Source: Glycera tridactyla
Taxonomy: Eukaryota
Length of the DNA: 64,000 bases
Assembly (NCBI GenBank): GCA_965644265.1
Contig: OZ286473.1
Location: forward strand, 45,880,001-45,944,000
Reading direction: 5' to 3'
Made by a program: the position numbers and the translations under genes. How positions within the stretch are numbered: the first letter of the stretch is position 1; each line of letters begins with the position of its first letter. Positions 24,901 through 34,858 of this stretch are shown here, one piece after another. The notes beneath the pieces are model-generated. The model saw only the letters and a list, made by a program, of their open reading frames with translations, was not told where the DNA came from and did no database searches.

Positions 24901-27900
24901 TACAACATTTGACGAAAAATACAAAATACATGATGATAACACAAAACAAAATACATTATAATACTCATAAGTCAAATCAAATTGCTGCTAGATTTCATAA
25001 GCTATTGATAATAGATTCACGCTGCTAAGCATTCAATGAACGCCATAGTTGTTCGTAATCATGTGAATGCATCATCAATATACATCTTAAATATTATTTT
25101 TGAACATGAAGGCTGACTGCCTTGTGTCGTTTGGACGTTTCTTATTTTAAAATAGCAAGACTTTCTGTGTCATGAATGATCGGGGGCACTACTCTTGTGT
25201 GGGCGCCATTTGCTAGGATTATAGATCTTTATTTCATGGGAAGTGAGGGCATAGTCTTCTGATAATAGTCTCACCTCCTACTCTTCTGATTATAGATCTT
25301 TATCTCATAGGAAGTGAGGGCATTGTCTTCTGACAATGGTCTCATATCCTACTCTTCTGATTATAGATCTTTATCTCATAGGAAGTGAGGGCATTGTCTT
25401 CTGACAATGGTCTCATCTCCCACTCTTCTGGTTATAGATCTTCATCTCATAGGAAGTGAGGGCATTGTCTTCTGACAATGGTCTCATCTCCCACTCTTCT
25501 GGTTATAGATCTACATCTCATAGGAAGTGAGGGCATTGTCTTCTGACAATGGTCTCATCTCCCACTCTTCTGGTTATAGATCTTTATCTCATAGGAAGTG
25601 AGGGTATGGTCTTCTGATGATGGTCTCATCTCCTACTCTTCTGATTATAGATCTTCATCCCATAGGAAGTGTGAGCAATGTCTTCTGATAATAGTCTCAC
25701 CTCCCACTCTTCTGATTATAGATCTTTATCTCATAGGAAGTGAGGGCATGGTCTTCTCATAATGGTCTCATCTCCTACTCTTCTAGTTATAGATCTTCAT
25801 CTCATAGGATGTGTGGGCATTGTCTTTCGATGATGGTCTCATCTCCTACTCTTCTGATTATAGATCTTTATCTCATAGGAAGTGAGGGCATGGTCTTCTG
25901 ATAATGGTCTCATCTTCTACTCTCCTGATCATAGATCTTTATCTCATAGGAAGTGAGGCCATGGTCTTCTGATAATGGTCTCATCTCCTACTCGTCTGAT
26001 TATAGATCTTTATCTCATAGGAAGTGAGGGCATGGTCTTCTGATAATGGTCTCATCTCCCACTCTTCTGATTATAGATCTTCATCTCATAGGAAGTGAGG
26101 GCATGGTCTTCTAATAATGGTCTCATCTCCCACTCTTCTGATTATAGATCTTTATCTCATAGGAAGTGAGGGCATGGTCTTCTGATAATGGTCTCATCTT
26201 CTACTCTTCTGATTATAGATCTTTATCTCATAGGAAGTGAGGCCATGGTCTTCTGATAATGGTCTCATCTCCTACTCATCTGATTGTAATCCTTCGATCC
26301 GAGAGCCAAAATGCTTGCTTGTAAAATACTCTTATAAAGACTCTGATAGATTCCCTGGTCTCAAGGAACTGTGTTGAAATCCTTACGTCTGTTCAATATT
26401 TTGTCTGGCTGGGAACTCAAGCAATCAAGTGACCTCAGAGGTAAGAAATAGCAAGTATAAAGACTAGGCCCTAGGAATTTCCTCAGTCCCTTTTGTTAAG
26501 GACTGTGCTACTCTTACTGATTATCAAAACGTTGTCTAGGGTAGACAACAAAAAAGCGTGATTGTGAAAAATCTTTCCTCAGGCAACCAACTGTGATTCA
26601 AGATTCATAATGTGAAGAGCATGTTTTGTTCAGAGACAGGCATTGAAACACGGAACAAATAAGTAACAGATATTGATTTAGATTCATTTATTGTAGGAAT
26701 AACTCTCCTCCTCGCTCCATCACCCTTCTCTTCTTGATATCGAGTATGAAAATAGAAAGCACAAGCTAAGCGGATCTCCAAGTACTTCAAAGTAGAAGTA
26801 TTCGCATAATCATTCACATTCAATGTCACAGATACTCAACTTACACCCAAATATCTGCAGTCAACACACTTTCTGCTCCATGCTCACCCAGTCGGATCCA
26901 AGGAAGAAGTGCACATGGTTAGTGTGTGTAAGGGACAGGAAGTATGAATGATGGATGAAGATGAATTGGAAGATCAAAAGATCTCAACTTATCTACCCAA
27001 GTTCAACCCAACCCAAGTGTGTAGATCCTCTGAAATTATCGGTTCCGAAACGATACGCTATAAAGACAGAGAAAACATTTCGAGTCTATGATAACACAGA
27101 ACCGAACACGTCATCTCATCTCAGCGAATACCGAATCTAAACAATTTCCAAGACTACACGAGCGGACGGTGCGATTAAGAGATGATATTCTACAATAACT
27201 TCGTGGACCAAGTTCAGCTTCGAAACATTCAAGTTCTAACTCTGGGATCAAGAAAGAACTTAAGTCGAAGTGATGCTGGTCATTAGAAAGCGATAATCTT
27301 CATAGCGATGAGCCAGAGAGTGAATGAAAGAAACACCGGGAGGCGTTCAATGACAACTGCGAATGCACCTACAAGTCTCGCTCTGATGGAAAGAAGCAAA
27401 GCGCTGTAGCACACACAACACACATATCGCTGATTTGCTCAAGCATACGGCAGGCCGCTAAAGCTGGAAAGAGTTCATCAGGTATTCGAACACTTTAAAG
27501 AAGAATTTGGAAGTCTATGAAGACGAATGAAGCTTCAAGACTAAAGAATTCAATTCTAAATTGAAATTCAACACCAAAGAAGTGTTCAAAGAATAGTGTT
27601 CACAGTGTAAGACGCTGCAATTTGACTAAAGAGTTCAAACTGTAAGAAATGTGCCCAAGAGAAGCTTAGAGACTATCAACCAGGACAAGGGTATTCATAC
27701 TCTGTCGGGGACAGTGTCACTCAAATGGATTCACTACAGTGAACAAAGTCAACCGGTTTTCACCACTGGATTGTTCATCGGTGAATCTTAAGATGTGGCA
27801 AGGTGAAACACATTACCAGTTACCATGCAGTGCTGGTCGACTGCAATGCACCGTGCTGCATACCGATTCAGAAGATGTCGTAATGTCACGAGATGTCGTC

Positions 27901-30900
27901 ACAAGATGTCGTAGACAACACACTCTCACAACGTCAAGTATCGCTCGAGCTGAACGAAGGTCATCGGAGTTCAGTCCATACCAACTATACTCAACATTAC
28001 AGCAAAGTCGGCTGATGACGAACGCTCTACTCTACAGACGACTTCGGATTGCACGAAGGATGTCACCGAATGATGTCATCGAAGATGTCACCGAAGGCAA
28101 GATACCTCGCAGCAAATCAGGAAAGATCACGAGATCCGAAGAATCCCGATCCGAAGGATCCTGATCCGAAGAATCGCCCCGAAGGCCACTCCACGACTTC
28201 TAGCACTGGAAACGTTCGGCTGACGACCAGTAAGCCATGGCATGCATGCTGCCGCTACAGGAAAAGAAGAAACCCAAATTCCCTCAGCATCCAAGTGTGG
28301 TATGAAAACTAAATCAAAGTTTATGTTATATCGTTTTAGTTTGCAATTTTTTTGGTATTTTATATTGTTCCTGATTCATTCGAAGAGACTATAGCTAAGA
28401 AAATTGAACATTCCATGTTAAGGCAATGCTCCATGTATCCACTAACTAAATGGCAGACATTGGGTTCTATGTTGTTCATATTAACTCCATCAATCAGTTA
28501 AGACTAACCAGAGTTGAGATAGTTAAGCTCGAAAAATATTTGTTGAGCCGAGACTACTTTTAATCAAGTGATCACCTGCAATACTAATGCCATCAACAAT
28601 CATTCTAACAAGAAAGCACGTAGCTGATTTGCATGAACTTTGTTTGATTCAAGTTAGCATTAGTAGGGCAATAGCCCGAATCAGGATCCGAAAACAGACA
28701 ATGTTCAACTATGCATCCAGTTGGCATGACTGTGGACTGATTCTGCTATTTTTATTTGTTGAAATTATTCTAAGTGATTTCACAAAGAAATTGCTTGCAA
28801 AATCAAGAAATTTCAATTTCTCAATTAATTGAGTGCCATTTCAAAGAGAACTACTCACTATCAATTGCAAGAATTAAATAAATTCCATTGAGAAATAGCA
28901 AGTGTCATGATGTTCTAAGAGGGCTATCAATTGTAAACAAGTCAAAACTCTCACCTGGCCATATATGGAGGTCAACTGAGGACCACCCTCAATGGCAAGC
29001 AACACAGTGAATTCCGAATGGAATTCTACAAGTTCACTACCTATTCCTGTGTGACAAGAATTTCCTATCTGTTCTTGTTATTCCATAGCCAAATACTTCT
29101 TGACACAAGAAAAGAAGACAAGGAGGCTATTTGACTGAAATTGACAAGCTAAATTGGCTAAGATGACTAAAAGCACTACGAGAGCTACAAAGTGTCTTCA
29201 CGAAATGGAATGGGTGTAACATGTGGCTTGGAATTGTTGTAGATATACTGTGAGGGTTCCTGAAGGTCAAAAGTCGAAAATTGAGCAAATCTAATTGAAA
29301 GTAAGAAATTTCAAGATGGCCGCCAAATATAAACTGGCCGCTGCAGACCAACTCCAATGAGATACCAAGCTTGTATTCTCACACACACTATTTGAATCAC
29401 CAGGCTTTCATTTGGAACGATTTCGAATCGATATGACCTAAACTCAGAGAATTCAAGATGGCGTCCAAAATGGCCGACCAAAAACTCAAAATCGTTCTCC
29501 TGAGCTTAATATTGAAGCTAGGAGGTTGAGAAACTCACCACAGCTAGATATGAATATCTGTGACTATTTGAGCACATGAAATCAGAGATATCTTGAAAAT
29601 TGAACAGAGTCAAAAGCTAGCGAAATCCGTCACACCTCGAGTTTTCAAGGTAGAGACTTCATATTTCACATCATCACACATGACAGTTGGGTCAACAACT
29701 TTTATCGCATGAATTATAGATACAGTGAATTTATCTACAAACGGCGGATAGTTCAAAAAGGTTGCGATTTGGTTGGAAATTGGTTGGGGGGCGAAATATT
29801 TCACAAACATGAAATCTGAAGCGCCAAATCAACTGGGGATTTCACAAATACTGCAACATTGGTTTTGAACATGGCTGATAGGTAAAATCTGAGATTGGTT
29901 CAACCAATATTGGTCATACGTGATTGGTTTAGGTTGGTTGATCTCAAACCTGAACAGATGTATCAGACAAAGCCAGAATTGCCAGAATTCGGTCTAAACA
30001 CCTTATAAATCAACCGTAAGTGTGAAAAATCATGGAAAATCACGAATGGTCACAAATTCGAGGTTGGTCTTTCCACAAGGGTCTAAGTTCGAAAAGTAGG
30101 TCACGTGCTTTGGGAACATTTTGGGGCACAGTATATGAACAACCGTGTATGGAGTGTTCTATAAACGTGTTCTACGCGGGTTCTAGAGTGATTCTAGGTG
30201 GTCTTGATCCCACGGACCAAACATAAACAAGCCTATATTTACTTTCTTGTCCGGAGAATTCTCGGAACAACATTTCATAGAGATGCGATATATCTACATA
30301 GATAATGGTCTCTAACCACTCAAAACGGGTCATATCCCTCTCAAATAGATATTGTATCACAGACGTGTAGGCAAGAAGCATTCATGACAGCGTGAAACAG
30401 CAGGAAATGTGATTTTCGGAATTCTTTCGTCTAAATACTCTAGAATGTCTCCACGATGACGGGATTTCACAAAAACAACGTTTAGCTATCAAAAGTCACG
30501 AAATACTGTGCAATAACAACGTTTTGTGTGAGAAACGTCCAAAAAACAGTGTTTTTGATAAGATTGGCTGAGAAACAGTGAAGCGCCTTTCAAAGACAAA
30601 AACGGTCCGTGAATCTAAACCAGGGCGTGGGAACAATTAACCCAACAAGGCCACACACCGCGCGTCTCTCGATCAGATCCGGCGTCTCGAAGTCATGTCA
30701 ATTTCTGTCTGGATACCTAGACAACCGTCTGACTTTGAAAGAATACTCTATATTGAGATCAAGTCGTTCACTTTAAAAGAAGCATTCAGGCATGCAGGAC
30801 GCTTTTGAAGCGTTCTACATTCAACATTCTTGGACTTAACAGCCCCATTCGTCTCAATGCAAATCACGGATATTAGAAATACCGGATAGCACATTTATGA

Positions 30901-33421
30901 GACGAATTGGATATCTTACTCACTCTTTTTACCGAAATTATGAGTTACAGCCCACGTATATCGCGAAAATAGACTATTTGGGACATAATACGCATATCTC
31001 TCAATAACAGACACTTCTAACACGATTGTCGGATGAATTACAGCCTGTGAATGTGGCAATGGAGTCCACGTTCACCGTGCTTTCATCCTTTCACCGGAAA
31101 ACATCACAAATCGCGGTCACATGGATAGCTTTCACTCTCACAACCCCCACACACGAAAAGTCACGAAATATCAACCGAGAGGACATTTGGCACACAAAAC
31201 GTATCACGAGGCACAGTAACAATACAAGAACAGTTCCACGGCACATTTCATGAGTCACACTGTCATTGAAGAGAGTTTCAGAGAAAAACATGTTTCACAG
31301 TGGTGAATGCATGGTGGCACATGGGTGGTGGGGTGTTCGTGTACCTATGCTCCTACATAATGCAGCTAACAATTGGTGATGCACCTCACAATTACTGACC
31401 TGTCAAAGATGTTTAACTCATGTGGTGGATCATGATGGTGGCTTCCCGTGGAGCACTTTAGGAGTAGCGATATCCTAAGGCATCAATAGGGGAATCTGCA
31501 AACTTTCTTGCAAGACTTCTGATCCAGTGACAGCGACCTCCGGGGCGAATGTGTCGAAAGTAATCTTCACATTGCAGGTAGCCCAGATATAGGTGCTGAC
31601 ACCGATCTCTCCTAAGATACCAATGATATCACCAACCACCAATCATGTGTCCGGATTTTATTTACGGTAAACAATTACGTTAGATACGGGCGAAGGTGTC
31701 TTGTGCTCTTTTTAGCAGAGTCTATTTTACGAGACGGTGACGCTATTTGCAGGAGGGTAGCGAAATTACAATAGCAGCAGTGAAGGACTCCCCTATCGGT
31801 TTACCAAGTGGACTCTTCCACTTACCACTCGAGCAGCGGTGGTTCTCGACATGCACGAGATCTCCACGCGCACGAGATCTGCATATCTCGCTTCACACCT
31901 GTTGCAAGACAATGGCACCTGTTTGCCTTTGAAGATCTGTTAGATCTTCCTTTGATCTTCAGCCTGCTATAACTTTGAAAGTTTTAGGCGCAGTCCAGTC
32001 ATACTTTCTGACATAACGTAGTTTATGTTAACCCATAATACTGCAATTCTCTCCGAAAATCTAGAATCTTAAAATACACATTATTTAAATCATCCAAATC
32101 GGAGTTAATTACACAGGCAGAGAATTTAGCTTCCTCTTTTCTGACAAAATCGAATCAGAGCTGCAGTCAGAGCAGGGGTTGTATCTACCTCTCTGTTCAG
32201 TCATATGATCGAGATTACCACTGAAAAGAACAAGACGGGCTATACTGAGCCGTCAATAGGAAATTTACTGCCAAAACAACGATTCGTTAGATTTAATTTC
32301 CTCGTCCCATGTAATCCTAGAACTAGGCCTATAGCCATAAAAGGACAGTATTAGACCCTCGATTGTGGGACGAGATGTCACTGTTCCAGGGCTAGACCAT
32401 AATAATTCCATATTACATATCAGATAACATCACGACCTTTTCGTGGTGTTACATGATTATAGATCCTTATCTCATAGGAAGTGAGGCATGGTCTTCTGAT
32501 AATGGTCTCATCTCCCACTCTTCTGATTATAGATCTTCATCTCATAGGAAGTGAGGGCATGGTCTTTTGATAATGGTCTCATCTCCCACTCTTCTGATTA
32601 TAGATCTTCATCTCATAGGAAGTGAGGGCATTGTCTTCTGATAATGGTCTCATCTCCTACTCTTCAATGTTGGTGTCATTGATATCAATAACCAATAAGC
32701 AGTGAGTGTAAACTGTCATTCTGAAAACTGATGCTGATTCAGACCTTATGAGCAGTGGACGTCAAGCTGATATCGGTTGAATTTAAGGGTACATTCAGCT
32801 TTATGGGATATCACAATTCACACGGCTGGCATGAAATATCATTTGCAATGTTGTATCTTGATTACTCTGCTGCCTCAAAAAGAGGGAAGGGGTGTGAATA
32901 TTCAGGTAGGGCATATATTGGTCAGAACTAAACTTCTTGCCGATTAGACAATTTTCGGTGTAATCACCTGTCCAATACATTAAAATTCGTTGTTACCACT
33001 ATTGATATAGTCAAGTAGTCCCTTGAGGCAGATTTTAGGACTCCCGAGTCAATTGCTTCACTGAATAAAGATTTCAACAAATGTGGTGTGGATCGGCTCA
33101 TGCTTGCCTCATGTGACCTTATGCAGGCTCCAGTCAAGTCGAACTGGCGCCTAAAGTTCCTGGACACTTCTCGAGACTCAGTGATCTCTTCCCATGGGTG
33201 GTTAATCCGATTGTGAACTTCAATTTCAGTATCCATTGAAAGCATGCAAGTGTGAACTGGTATCATAACATATACATACTCATGTTGGCATTGCAACCGT
33301 CACTTCTGCAGGGTTCTGAAAGGGAAGATGAGTGCATATAAGATAACAAGATATTGCAATTCCGCCCATGAAAATACATACAGTTTTCACAATGAAGCTT
33401 CTATGACTCTGAACTTAGACA

Positions 33422-33473
<52 letters not shown>

Positions 33474-34799
33474 CTCTCTCTCATTGGACAAGCATTTGCA
33501 TGACTCTACCTCCAGACCACAGAGGCAGTTCAACTGGGGGCGGGGTATAACACTAGTAGTTTTTCTGTTATTCATACACCCACTGAGAGCACTATTCCCA
33601 CTCAGTCAAAGTATGCCTATACATGTTCATCTGTGGTAGACAGCATTAATGCATGGTGACTCATATTCCACTCGGTGCCGCCTTCTGATCCCATGGGGCA
33701 ATGGGTAGGATGGGAGTCCAGGGTCTAGCCCGCCTTCGTGGCTCAGTGGTAGCATGCTTGACTGGCGTGCAATGGATCTGGGGTTCGATCCTCGGTCCTA
33801 ACATGCAGGAACGTTTCACCCTTCATCTTCGCTCCTCCTTGGCAGGTGGTCTGATTTAGCCTACTCAAGTGCAGAAAGTGGACCTAAAACCTTTACATTT
33901 CATTTCTCTATAGATGGCAGCCACCAATGGTCATGGATCATTTTCTCTAAAGTGTTGCCATCGAGGATTATGTGGCCTAGACGTAGCATCATCCCTTCTC
34001 TTTTTCTCAATAGCTTTTGGCATGAAATCATAACTTCAGATTTACTGTCATCTAGCTTTAGGCATTTTCTACCAGAATTATACTATCACCAAGGTTTCTT
34101 CTTCTTCACCTCTTCGCTATCCTTCCAAGCTCTTTCTTATTTCTTCAGTGAAATGGTCTCAGGTGTAGATAGCTAACGGTTTGCCTGTAGCAGATATTGT
34201 CACTATGCTAAAAGGGTACCAGCCAAACCAGTACTGGATTACTAGGGCTGCGACTAGGTTTACTAGGATGTGTGATGGCATTGTACTGGGAGCTTAGGGC
34301 AAACATAATATCGTAAAGCTGGTTTGAAGTTTGCTGTTTGTAATTGAACACATTGGTTTGGTATTTTCAAAACCTAATGCATTTCCTTGTTCCAAGTGCT
34401 GCAGTTTGCAAAAGAAGAGCATTGCGATCAGGCTCGATTATCAGCTTCCAGCCAGTTACATAGTCAGATGTGCTATCGATAGGATTATAATGATTGTGTA
34501 CAGTAGGTAGAGGCGTGTCTGAACTGTCAGCTGCACCTATTTGACAACCTTTCAGGTTCCCATCATCTTGTGTTCAGGGTTTGTGAGAGAGAAGTCTGGA
34601 AGAGAGAGAACATCTAGTTTTCATTAAGCAGGAACACATGGCATACATAACTCTAGGCTTGACACATGCCGTTGAACATCAAACAAAGCAAAATCCCATG
34701 AGGCCCTAGTCATGCGTCATCCATCCATCCATTCATTCCTCCATCCATCCAACTGCCGACTCATCTATTCTCCCATCGTTCCATAATAATGATAATCAC

Positions 34800-34858
<59 letters not shown>

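Noticed and set aside
26600-31950. Specific gag/protease/integrase calls inside the 6.2-kb insertion
   Set aside because: Only faint by-eye resemblances, on conflicting strands; no catalytic motif could be read in frame.
33735-33800. tRNA gene
   Set aside because: It has A and B boxes but no complete cloverleaf or acceptor stem, and continues into a SINE body and tail.
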